Shown here piece by piece: positions 28,003 through 40,172 of a DNA stretch of 64,000 bases (position 1 is its first letter; each line of letters starts with the position of its first letter). The notes beneath the pieces are model-generated. The model had not been told where the DNA came from. It saw only the letters and a program-made list of their open reading frames with translations, and searched no databases. Source of the DNA: Candidatus Aminicenantales bacterium (GTDB taxonomy: Bacteria; Acidobacteriota; Aminicenantia; Aminicenantales; UBA4085); contig JBEKTZ010000002.1 in NCBI GenBank assembly GCA_049515535.1, forward strand, positions 273,467 through 337,466, given 5' to 3'. The translations under genes and the position numbers were made by a program.

Positions 28003-29187
28003 TCAACGGAATGTATGCGTGATTTTTATTTTTTCGTTGACTTTCAGATTTACGTCTTCGACATAGGAATGAAAAGACGCGTTCTTGATTTCGATCCGGT
28101 GTTTTCCCGGCGGCAGCGAGAGATTGTTCAAGGGCGGAGTGGGTCCCTTATCCTGACCATCGGCATAAACCTCGCCCCACGGCGTGATGGCGAATTGAAC
28201 GACTCCCGCGGGCGCTTCCACGGCCAGCGCGCCGGATTCGCCGGCTTTGGCTCCCGTCTTCGCCGGCGGCGCGTCTTTCGGATGCTCGTCCAGGGCCGAT
28301 GGGACGGCATCGGCCTTATCGAGAGCCGTCGCCTCGGTCTGGTCGTTCTTTGGAGAACGGAGGACGAGGAAAAGAACGACGATGAGACCAAAAGCAATGG
28401 GAATCGCAGGATAGAGCCAGTTCTTTTTAAGCCAGCTAAGCCAGTTATGCCAGAACGGCCGGTCCTGAGAAGGAACCGTCGGCGGCTTCGGTTTTTCATC
28501 CGGGCAGGAAACCGGCGCAGGCGGCTGCTGAATGGACTCGGCCGGAGCCGCCTTTAATACTTCGGTCTTCTCTTGATCGACGGCATCCTCTTGTTGATCG
28601 TGTTGTTGATCATGCTCGGCCGGCTCCTCGACGACAGGTTCTTTGGCCGTCTCCTCCACGGAATAGAGTTCATGTTCCCGGACGTGCTTATCGGCCCGCA
28701 TTCCTAGATAGTGGAACAGCTTGGCGTATTCCTGAGAAAGGCAAGATACGACTTCAAAATAGGATCGGGAAACCAGGACCTGGCCCGGCGCGGCGAAACT
28801 CATGACGCGTTGGGCCACGTTGATGCCGTCGCCGATGAGATTTTGTCTCTTGTTGATATCCTTGACGAGCTTCACCGGCCCCAGGTTGATCCCGATTCGA
28901 ATGGACAAAGGCATTCCCGGATCCTGCTGGTCGCCGACGACCGCGTCACGGAGGCTCAGGGCGCAAAAAAGAGCGTCTTCGGGGTCCCCGAGAAAACAGA
29001 TGGCCGCGCCGTCTCCAGAATCGAGGATGAGGCGGTCGTTGACGGCGACGTCCTTGATCGCCTCGGCGACGTGCTTATTGAGATGTTCTTTGATCTTGAT
29101 CTGTATTTCGACGGGCTTCATCGAATAATCGACGATGTCGAGAAAAACGACGCTGCAGATAGAAGTCTTGTTTTGGCGGGCGATCAC
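28003..29187 (-). CDS. Class III nucleotidyl cyclase + linker + TM + PEGA-like domain
   Basis: FLDIVDYS, GDG, RIGINLGPV, GDGINVAQRV; acidic/Pro linker; TM helix; I.PWGEVYADG...G.TPP....L.PG.H.IEI. Confidence 0.8.
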   Translation of the reverse strand: MIARQNKTSICSVVFLDIVDYSMKPVEIQIKIKEHLNKHVAEAIKDVAVNDRLILDSGDGAAICFLGDPEDALFCALSLRDAVVGDQQDPGMPLSIRIGINLGPVKLVKDINKRQNLIGDGINVAQRVMSFAAPGQVLVSRSYFEVVSCLSQEYAKLFHYLGMRADKHVREHELYSVEETAKEPVVEEPAEHDQQHDQQEDAVDQEKTEVLKAAPAESIQQPPAPVSCPDEKPKPPTVPSQDRPFWHNWLSWLKKNWLYPAIPIAFGLIVVLFLVLRSPKNDQTEATALDKADAVPSALDEHPKDAPPAKTGAKAGESGALAVEAPAGVVQFAITPWGEVYADGQDKGPTPPLNNLSLPPGKHRIEIKNASFHSYVEDVNLKVNEKIKITHTFR

Positions 29188-29262
29188 CGGCGACCCTCAA
29201 TCATCATGGCCGTCTCCTGTTAAAAAATCATATTACTTTAGACCGGGGCTGTCAATGAAACA

Positions 29263-29578
29263 CGTTGGAGGGAAACCCCATCAAGGGTTTTCCTCCAAGA
29301 GTATCCGGCTGGGGCGCCCGGCTTTTTAAATAAGATCTGACCGCAAAAATGCGTTCACGAGATGCTCCAGGGAAGGGTGGCAGGGAGCGAAGCTCCCGTT
29401 GGAGGGAAACCCCATCAAGGGTTTTCCTCCAAGAGTGTCCGGCCGGGGCGCCCTGCTTTTTAAATAGGATCTGACCGCAAAAATGCGTTCACGAGATGCT
29501 CCAGGGAAGGGTGGCAGGGAGCGAAGCTCCCGTTGGAGGGAAACCCCATCAAGGGTTTTCCTCCAAGAGTGTCCGGCC
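29263..29578. repeat. 134-bp tandem repeat (about 2.4 copies) with REP-like hairpins
   Basis: Units start at 29263, 29397 and 29531; each has TTGGAGGGAAACCCC-ATCA-AGGGTTTTCCTCCAA; the intervening segments are near identical. Confidence 0.92.
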
Positions 29579-29648
29579 AGATTGCGGGGAAGGGCCCGTC
29601 TGATATATAGTGCCGTTATATTTTCAAGGCTGAAGCAAGGAGGAGATC

Positions 29649-31067
29649 ATGAGAAGACGACCATGGTCTGTGCTTCCGGCTCTGATCGTCCTTTTAGCCG
29701 GGGCCGTATCGACTTCGTGCGGGAAAAGCGAGGATCCCCGCCTCAGGAATTCCTCGCGCGCGGACAAGAACGGCTGGATCTACGTCCATCTCCAAGGGGC
29801 GCCCCGCACGATCGGCTTTCAGCACGGCTGGCTCCTCGCCGCGGAGATCGAAGACGCGCTGGCGATGTTCCCCGGCTACCTGGAGAATTCCACGAAAAGG
29901 AACTGGGCCTTCTACCGCGAAGCGGCCGAGCGCATGCTCTGGCCGAAGCTCGACCAGGAATGCCGGGAAGAGATCGAAGGGATCGCCGAAGGATTGAACG
30001 CGCGCCGGCCGGGCAAGAACTACGACAAGATCGACATCACGATCGTCAACGGCTGGATCGAACTCGCCCAGTATTATGTCCCCTTTCTCGACGACAAAAT
30101 CAAGCCCGGGACGGGCGACAAAAAGGCCCCCGGCTATTGCAGCGCCTTCATCGCCGCCGGCAGCTACACGGAGGACGGCCGGATCGTCATCGGCCACAAT
30201 AATTGGTGCGAATACATCGTCGGCGAGCGTTGGAACATCATCGAGGACATCGTCCCGGAAAAAGGATACCGCATTTTAATGGACGCGATGCCCGGCTACA
30301 TTCACAGCGGCGACGACTTCGTCGTCAACGGCGCCGGCCTCGTTTATACTGAAACGACCATCTCCCAATTCAAGGGCTTCAACGAAGGCGGATCGCCGGA
30401 ATTCATGAGGGCCAGGAAAGCCGCCCAATATGCCGCCTCCATCGACGACTTCATCCAGATCATGTCCACCGACAACAACGGCGGATACGCCAACGACTGG
30501 CTCGTCGGCGATCTTAAAACGAACGAGATCGCCCGGCTCGAACTTGGGCTGAAAAGCCGGCCCGTATGGCGGACGAAGGATGGTTACTTCATCGGATCAA
30601 ATTTCCCGGTCGACCCCAAGTTCACGGCCGAGGAAACGACATTCGATCCCAGGAACACCGCCCAGTCGGTGCTTGTCCGTAAAGCGCGCTGGGAAACGCT
30701 GATGCAGGAATATAAAGGGAAAATCAACGCCGAAACGGGAAAACTCTTCGAGGCCGATCATGTCGACGCGGCGACGGGCAAGCCCGGGGCCAACGCCAAT
30801 ACGCTCTGCGGGCACGTGGACAGAGACCCGAAAGGATGCCCGGAATTTTCATGGAAACCGTTCTGGCCCGGCGGCTCGGTCCAGGGCAAGGTCACGACCG
30901 CGGCCCTCGCCGGGGAAATGAAGATGTGGGCGCGGATGGGCCATCCCTGCGGGGAAGATTTCATCGCCGGGACGTTCCTCGCCGCCCACCCGGAGTTCGC
31001 TTGGCAAGCCGGGTTCCTCAGGGATATGAAAGCTCAATCCTGGACTCTCTTTGAAGGGAAAAAATAG
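29649..31067 (+). CDS. Ntn-hydrolase lipoprotein (phospholipase B-like / peptidase C45)
   Basis: Signal peptide with a Cys; G...IGFQHG; nucleophile motif CSAF...G..T.DG....GHN; ETTI; N.GGYANDW. Confidence 0.78.
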   Translation: MRRRPWSVLPALIVLLAGAVSTSCGKSEDPRLRNSSRADKNGWIYVHLQGAPRTIGFQHGWLLAAEIEDALAMFPGYLENSTKRNWAFYREAAERMLWPKLDQECREEIEGIAEGLNARRPGKNYDKIDITIVNGWIELAQYYVPFLDDKIKPGTGDKKAPGYCSAFIAAGSYTEDGRIVIGHNNWCEYIVGERWNIIEDIVPEKGYRILMDAMPGYIHSGDDFVVNGAGLVYTETTISQFKGFNEGGSPEFMRARKAAQYAASIDDFIQIMSTDNNGGYANDWLVGDLKTNEIARLELGLKSRPVWRTKDGYFIGSNFPVDPKFTAEETTFDPRNTAQSVLVRKARWETLMQEYKGKINAETGKLFEADHVDAATGKPGANANTLCGHVDRDPKGCPEFSWKPFWPGGSVQGKVTTAALAGEMKMWARMGHPCGEDFIAGTFLAAHPEFAWQAGFLRDMKAQSWTLFEGKK

Positions 31068-31138
31068 CGCCGGGGCAGGCTTCCAAATTCTTTTTTATTT
31101 GAGCGCGCGTTTTTTTGTTAAAATGAGTTCGACCCCGC

Positions 31139-31226
31139 GGAGGGATGGCCGAGTGGTTTAAGGCGGCGGTCTTGAAAACCGCTTTCCAGGTTTTCTGGAA
31201 CGGGGGTTCGAATCCCCCTCCCTCCG
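31139..31226 (+). tRNA. tRNA-Ser(TGA), CCA not encoded
   Basis: GGAGGGA acceptor stem, GCGGT-CTTGAAA-ACCGC anticodon arm, long variable arm, GGTTCGAATCC. Confidence 0.95.
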
Positions 31227-31233
31227 TTCCGCT

Positions 31234-31714
31234 GTCGAGGGGCGCCTTCCTGCACCCTCCCCTAGTCATAGGGGAGGTAGGTAGAGTAGATATCTTAGAT
31301 TAGAGTCCTAAAGGCGCCCCGATCTTAAAGCGGAACGCTGACGAATCCCCCCTTATTCTAAGGGGGGGAGGGGGGATAAGATCACTAAAGAAAGTCGGAA
31401 GCGTTTCGGGCATATTTCGCGGATTGCAATCGAGGGACGCTTTCCGGCCTCCTCCCCTAGTCATAGGGGAGGCAGGAGGGATAGAGATCTAAAATCAGAG
31501 TCCTAAAGGCGCCCCGATCTTAAAGCGGAACGCTGACGAATCCCCCCTTATTCTAAGGGGGGGAGGGGGGATAAGATCACTAAAGAAAGTCGGAAGCGTT
31601 TCGGGCATATTTTGCGGATTGCAGTCGAGGGACGCTTTCCGGCCTCCTCCCCTAGTCATAGGGGAGGTAGGAGGAGTAGAGCGATAAAAATAAAATCTTA
31701 AAAGCGTCCCGATC
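31234..31714. repeat. 195-bp tandem repeat (about 2.4 copies) of paired REP-like palindromes (BIME-like)
   Basis: CCTCCCCTAGTCATAGGGGAGG at 31256, 31451 and 31646 alternates with TCCCCCCTTATTCTAAGGGGGGGA. Confidence 0.92.
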
Positions 31715-31728
31715 GCCGATGCCCGGCT

Positions 31729-33000
31729 TCATGAGATTATCTCGAGACCGTCCATGAAAGAACGCAGGCCCGGGGGGACGACAACCGAGCCGTCCGGCTG
31801 CTGATAATTCTCGAGAATGGCGCTAACGGTCCGGCCGACGGCGAGCCCCGAGCCGTTGAGCGTATGGGCGAACTCAGGCTTGGCTTTGGGCTCTTTCCGG
31901 AAGCGGATATTGGCCCGGCGCGCCTGGAAATCGCCGCAATTCGAACACGACGAGATCTCCATGTAGCCTTTCTTCGAAGGCATCCAGACTTCGAGGTCAT
32001 AGGTTTTCTGGCTGGCGAATCCCATGTCGCCCGCGCATAGCGCGACGACGCGGTGGGCCAATCCGAGTCTTTTGAGAACTTCTTCGGCGCCCGCGGTCAT
32101 CCATTCAAGCTCGTCGAAAGATCCGTCGGGCTGCGAAAAGATCATCATCTCGACCTTGTTGAACTGGTGCTGGCGGATGAGGCCGCGAATGTCCTTGCCA
32201 TAGGAACCGGCCTCGCTCCTGAAGCAGGGCGTATAGGCCACGAACCGCTGGGGCAGGATCGCGCCGTCGATGATCTCGTCCCGATAAAAGTTCGTCAGCG
32301 GCACTTCGGCCGTCGGGATGAGGTACCAGGGAAACCGCTCGAGCTTGAAGAGGTCATCGGCGAATTTTGGCAGATTTCCCGTCCCCGTCAGGCTTACGTC
32401 GTTGGCGATGAAAGGCGGGATGACTTCTTTGAATCCCCGCTCCCGCGTATGGAGGTCAAGCATGAAATTGATGAGCGCCCGTTCCAGCCTCGCCCCCGCG
32501 CCGAGATAGACCGCGAATCGCGACCCGGTGATCTTCGCCGCCCGGTCGAAATCCAGGATGCCGAGCTTTGTGCCGATGTCCCAATGGGCCTGGGGTTGGA
32601 AATCGAACGACGGAGGTTCGCCCCAAGTCCGGACGACGACGTTGTCGGACGCGTTCTTCCCGGTGGGAACGGAGGGGTGGGGAAGGTTGGGAATATTGAG
32701 AAGGATCAGACGGATCTTCTCATCGGTTTGCCGGAGCTCATCATCCAGCCTCTGGATCTCGTCGCCGACCTTCTTCATCTCGGCAATCAAACCCGCGGCG
32801 TCCTGCTGTTCGCGCTTGAATCGGGCGATTTGCTCAGAGGCTTTGTTGCGCTCGGCTCTCAGGTCCTCGGATCTTTTCAGAACGGTCTTTTTTCCCTCGG
32901 ACAGGCGGACGAACTCATCGAGGTCGAGCGTCAAGCCTCTGGCCGAGATCCGCTGAACCACGAAATCCCTGTTATCGAGAACGAATTTGGGATCCAACAT
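31729..33000 (-). CDS. serS: Serine--tRNA ligase
   Basis: MLDPK start, [15 protein letters not shown]...[39 protein letters not shown]. Confidence 0.97.
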   Translation of the reverse strand: MLDPKFVLDNRDFVVQRISARGLTLDLDEFVRLSEGKKTVLKRSEDLRAERNKASEQIARFKREQQDAAGLIAEMKKVGDEIQRLDDELRQTDEKIRLILLNIPNLPHPSVPTGKNASDNVVVRTWGEPPSFDFQPQAHWDIGTKLGILDFDRAAKITGSRFAVYLGAGARLERALINFMLDLHTRERGFKEVIPPFIANDVSLTGTGNLPKFADDLFKLERFPWYLIPTAEVPLTNFYRDEIIDGAILPQRFVAYTPCFRSEAGSYGKDIRGLIRQHQFNKVEMMIFSQPDGSFDELEWMTAGAEEVLKRLGLAHRVVALCAGDMGFASQKTYDLEVWMPSKKGYMEISSCSNCGDFQARRANIRFRKEPKAKPEFAHTLNGSGLAVGRTVSAILENYQQPDGSVVVPPGLRSFMDGLEIIS

Positions 33001-33132
33001 CGGAACGATTATAGCACAAGCTTCCGATCGCGGAAACGTCCATTTCGGGAAACGCCGGCCAGCGGCTCCAGGGAAACAGATCTTTCTTTCCGGGTTGACT
33101 CCCCTTCCGTATTCCAATATAGTTTTTATCCC

Positions 33133-33681
33133 ATGTCACCCAAGAAAAAGCTCCCCGCATTCAAAGGATTTATTCAAGTCTATACGGGGACGGGCAAGGG
33201 AAAGACGACCGCCGCTTTGGGTTTGGCCTTCCGGGCGGCGGGATACGGTTACAAAACCTATATCGGCCAATTCTTGAAGGGCCGGAAATATGGAGAGCTC
33301 GCCGCCGCCAAAAAGTTCTCCCCTCTCATCTCGATCGAACAGTTCGGCGGCAAGGGATTCATCCATATCACGGAGAAATCCGATGAGGAGGACGTCCGAA
33401 GGGCTCGGACGGGCCTGGAGAGGTGCCGGAAAGCCATGCTCTCCGGAAAATTCAGGATCATCGTCCTCGACGAGATCAACGTGGCCCTCTATTTCAAGCT
33501 CCTCGACGGGAAGGACATTCACGCGTTTCTGGACCGGAAACCGGAAGACGTCGAAGTGGTCCTGACCGGACGATACGCGCCGGCGTCCCTGATCCGCCGG
33601 GCGGACCTGGTCACGGACATGAAAGAAAATAAACACTATTACCGGAAAGGCGTCGCCGCCCGGTTGGGAATTGAGAAATAG
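33133..33681 (+). CDS. btuR: Cob(I)yrinic acid a,c-diamide adenosyltransferase (CobO/BtuR family)
   Basis: [33 protein letters not shown]...KH; true start at MSPKK inside the longer called ORF. Confidence 0.9.
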   Translation: MSPKKKLPAFKGFIQVYTGTGKGKTTAALGLAFRAAGYGYKTYIGQFLKGRKYGELAAAKKFSPLISIEQFGGKGFIHITEKSDEEDVRRARTGLERCRKAMLSGKFRIIVLDEINVALYFKLLDGKDIHAFLDRKPEDVEVVLTGRYAPASLIRRADLVTDMKENKHYYRKGVAARLGIEK

Positions 33682-33689
33682 CCGGGACC

Positions 33690-34085
33690 ATGGAACGGGA
33701 AGCCTTCGAGAAACTGGTGGAGGCGGCGATGGAGTCCCTTCCCTCCAAATTCAAGAAGCTGATCCACAACGTCGCCGTGATCGTCGAGGATTACCCCGCG
33801 GCGGATACCCAGCGAAGAGTCGGCGCTCCCGCCAGAAGCCATATCCTCGGTCTCTATCACGGCGTTCCCTTTCAACACCGCGGCCCCTTTTACGGAAACC
33901 TCCCCCCGGATGTCATCGTCATTTATCAGAAGCCCATCGAAGACATCTGCTCCACCGAAGAAGAAATCCAAGAACAGGTCCAGGACACCGTCATTCACGA
34001 AGTCGGACATTATTTCGGCTTCAGCGATCGGGAACTTCGGGAGATCGAAAACCGGAGCCGGAGCCGGCAAAGACCGAGACCCTAG
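33690..34085 (+). CDS. Zincin-like metallopeptidase (minimal, Zincin_1-like)
   Basis: LGLY.GVP, PD.I..Y..PI, HEVGHYFG. Confidence 0.85.
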   Translation: MEREAFEKLVEAAMESLPSKFKKLIHNVAVIVEDYPAADTQRRVGAPARSHILGLYHGVPFQHRGPFYGNLPPDVIVIYQKPIEDICSTEEEIQEQVQDTVIHEVGHYFGFSDRELREIENRSRSRQRPRP

Positions 34086-34099
34086 CAAGGAGATCTAGC

Positions 34100-34990
34100 A
34101 TGGCCAAAAAATTCAAAGGCATCTACGCCGCGCTGCCGACGCCCTTCTCCGGCCCGGATGTCTCGCCCGAAAAGCTCCGGGATAATATCCACGCGTTTAA
34201 CGCGCATGATCTGGCCGGATACCTTGTCTTGGGCTCGACGGGAGAATGCGTCTCGCTCTCGGATGACGAGTCGGCGCGGCTGGTCGAGGCGGCCCGCCGG
34301 GCAGCATCCAAAGGGAAGATCGTGATCGCCGGGACCGCCCGCGAATCCACTCCATGGACGATCGCGTTCACGAACAGGATGGCGGACCTCGGCGTCGACG
34401 CGGCTCTTGTGCGGCCTCCGAGCTACTTCAAATCCAAGATGACCAAAGACGTCCTGAAGCGGCACTTCCTCGCGGTCGCCGATGAATCCAGGATTCCCAT
34501 CATCGTTTACAACATTCCCCAAAACACCGGCCTTTCGCTCGAAAGCCAGCTGATCGTCGAGCTCGCGGAGCATCCCAACATCGTCGGCCTCAAGGAAAGC
34601 TCGGGGACAATCGCGCTCCTCGGGGAATTGATCCGGCGGCTTCCCGCGGATTTCAGCTATCTCCTGGGCCACGGCAGCGCGTTCCTTCCGGCGCTCGTCA
34701 TGGGCGCGAGCGGGGCGATCCTGGCGGTGGCGAACGCGGCGCCGGCGATGTGCACGAAGATCTATGCCCTGTTCATGGAGGGAAAGATCGAAGAGGCCGC
34801 CGCGCTCCAGCTCGACCTGATCCCGCTCAATAAAATCGTCATGGAAACGCACGGCATCGCCGGCTTGAAATATGCGCTCGACCTCCAGGGCCTGTATGGA
34901 GGACCCGTGCGGCCGCCGCTTCCGGAAATGGAAGAAAAGGGGAAATCGGATCTTCAAGCGCTTCTGAAAAAATTCCGATTGATCGCTTGA
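34100..34990 (+). CDS. Dihydrodipicolinate synthase family aldolase
   Basis: GSTGE, YNIPQNTG, Schiff-base motif GLKESSG; start at MAKK after an AGGAG RBS. Confidence 0.88.
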   Translation: MAKKFKGIYAALPTPFSGPDVSPEKLRDNIHAFNAHDLAGYLVLGSTGECVSLSDDESARLVEAARRAASKGKIVIAGTARESTPWTIAFTNRMADLGVDAALVRPPSYFKSKMTKDVLKRHFLAVADESRIPIIVYNIPQNTGLSLESQLIVELAEHPNIVGLKESSGTIALLGELIRRLPADFSYLLGHGSAFLPALVMGASGAILAVANAAPAMCTKIYALFMEGKIEEAAALQLDLIPLNKIVMETHGIAGLKYALDLQGLYGGPVRPPLPEMEEKGKSDLQALLKKFRLIA

Positions 34991-35001
34991 TCTATTTCTA
35001 A

Positions 35002-38244
<3,243 letters not shown>

Positions 38245-38265
38245 GGCGCGAGCCGAAAAAAAAAA

Positions 38266-38537
38266 GACCGTGCACCCCGCTTCGACCGTTCTTTCCCTGC
38301 GGGAATCGCACCGCTTGGCTCCGGCGAGGATGACTGAAACACAAGAGGCCAACCTGCTGCCGCTGCTACCTTCCGGTCCTGACGGGATTCACAGGAGGCT
38401 CATTGCTCAGGGCCCCGGCCTTCGACGCCGCGCATGCGGCCCCGGACCAAAAAAAGCCCGGCCTCGGCGGGGGATTCGACCCCACTATAGCGGGTTGTGG
38501 GCGACAGGGCACCGCTAGTTCCCCGTCTAGCACGGTC
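38266..38537 (-). ncRNA. ffs: Large bacterial SRP RNA (Alu + S domain)
   Basis: Helix 8 motif GTCAGGACCGGAAGGTAGCAGC; 5' end GACCGTGCTAGACGGGGAACTAGCGGTGCCCTGT resembles Bacillus scRNA; 5' and 3' termini pair; TATAAT upstream and a T10 tract downstream. Confidence 0.92.
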
Positions 38538-38648
38538 AAATAACGATTATATACCAATTGCCGGCCGGATGAGAATATAAAGGGGTCGAAGAGATGATTG
38601 CGCGATGGAACCAGGACGTCCGCATCCGCGGCGCCCGCATCCTCCGGA

Positions 38649-39983
38649 TCAGAATCGATAAGCCAATCCGCCCCGGAGGATGAGCCCGTCCCAGAATCCG
38701 GCCTCGCCGAGAAGATAAAGGCCCTTATAAAGCTGGGCCTTGATGCCGAATTGGAGCTGGAGGATGACGATGAAAGTGGGGATTTTGAAGTCGATGTCAT
38801 TGGAGAAATCCGTCAACGTCTTCTCTTGACTGTCGCTGATGGTTTGAGAGAGGTCTCCTTTTTGATAGGTCCCGGAATAGGTGAAACTGAACGTCCCGCT
38901 CAAGGGAGCGAACCCGAACCCGGCGACGAAATACGGCGTGATCCGGGCGTTCGATCCGACTTCCCAGCGGAAATTGATGTGCGTCGTAAAAGGCGCCGCT
39001 TGGATCTTGGCCTCGACGTCGGTCGACGCGCTTCCCCCATTGGTGAAATCCTGCCGTGCCGTTCCTTTCAAAGAAAGCAGAATATCCGTTTTTTCAAAGG
39101 CCAAGCCGAGGCTGAACGTCCCGGCCCGGCCCGCGGAAAAATAGCGGATCTCCAGCCCGTAATTCGAACCCTGGGAATCGAACGCCAGGTTTTGGACAAA
39201 ATTCAATTTCTGAAGGCCGGCCTGGATGGTTCCGCATTTTTCGACGATCTTGCCCTGAACCTCCTCGGCCGCTTTCTGGGCCAGGCTGTCTTCGAACAAC
39301 GTCTTGATGAAGTTGATGCCCCACGAGGAATAATGAGCGCTGATCTCCCAATTCCCGCCCTTTGCTTCTTCCGGCACCTCATAACCTTGGAGCTGGGGCG
39401 CCGGCACATCGGAAGGCGGCGCCGTCTTCACGGGCGGCGGATTCTTTTTCTCTTCTTCCTTCGGCTTTTCCGCGTTCTGCGCTTCCGCTTCTTTCCGGGC
39501 CTCCTCGGTTTTCTTTTCGTCTTTCACCGGCTTCTGGGCGGCCTCGGTTTTGTCGGGAACCGGATTCTGGATCGTGACTTGTTCCGTGGTCATTTGTTTC
39601 TTGTCGACGATGTCTTTCCGGATCTGGCCGAAGAGCTGAACAAAACCCCGCGGATAGAAAAGCTCGGAGATCTCCTTGTTGGGATCCACCTCGATGTCTT
39701 TGCGGATATATTTAGCCGCATTGGCCGTATCGCGAAGATTGAAATATGAAATCGACAGGCCGAAGTAAGCCTGGGAGAGATTCAGCCGATTCTGGGTGAG
39801 AGCGGAAGCCTCCAGATAACAGCCGATGGCCAGTTTGTAATCGCCTTTTTCGAAATAGGTCTTTGCCTGGCCCAGTAATTTCTCGACATCGCTTTCTTTG
39901 GACAGCGCCTTCTGGCCGGCAAATACGATGGAGACGGTCAAAACAAGCCAGAGGCCGATGACGGCACATAAAACCGGCTTCAT
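38649..39983 (-). CDS. Secreted TPR protein with a C-terminal outer-membrane beta-barrel-like domain
   Basis: Signal peptide, TPR-like helices, Lys/Glu/Pro linker, alternating beta-strands, terminal GGLAYRF. The start could be 40004. Confidence 0.6.
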   Translation of the reverse strand: MKPVLCAVIGLWLVLTVSIVFAGQKALSKESDVEKLLGQAKTYFEKGDYKLAIGCYLEASALTQNRLNLSQAYFGLSISYFNLRDTANAAKYIRKDIEVDPNKEISELFYPRGFVQLFGQIRKDIVDKKQMTTEQVTIQNPVPDKTEAAQKPVKDEKKTEEARKEAEAQNAEKPKEEEKKNPPPVKTAPPSDVPAPQLQGYEVPEEAKGGNWEISAHYSSWGINFIKTLFEDSLAQKAAEEVQGKIVEKCGTIQAGLQKLNFVQNLAFDSQGSNYGLEIRYFSAGRAGTFSLGLAFEKTDILLSLKGTARQDFTNGGSASTDVEAKIQAAPFTTHINFRWEVGSNARITPYFVAGFGFAPLSGTFSFTYSGTYQKGDLSQTISDSQEKTLTDFSNDIDFKIPTFIVILQLQFGIKAQLYKGLYLLGEAGFWDGLILRGGLAYRF

Positions 39984-40172
39984 CCGCGTGCCTTTTCTGA
40001 TCATTCCGTCTTCCTGTTCCCCTCATACTACTGGAGCATGTTCGATTTGTCAATCTGGCCACGGACGCCGGGGCCGGCTTCCGATCCGCGCCATGATTTT
40101 GGAGTTCCTCTTGCTTCCTGGACGAACAAATGTGATAAAATCTGGCTGAATCAAAAAGCCGAGGAGTCCGCG

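Noticed and set aside
29263..29578. CRISPR array
   Set aside because: The would-be spacers are about 100 bp and nearly identical to each other, and there are no cas genes in the window.
31234..31714. CRISPR array or integrated-element att site at tRNA-Ser
   Set aside because: Whole 195-bp units are duplicated with no unique spacers; there is no duplicated tRNA 3' end and no integrase.
32053..33132. N-terminal 360 aa of the 542-aa ORF 32053-33681 as a fusion to BtuR
   Set aside because: That part is antisense to serS; the real gene starts at 33133.
38270..38518. 82-aa plus-strand ORF
   Set aside because: It is the antisense of the SRP RNA gene.
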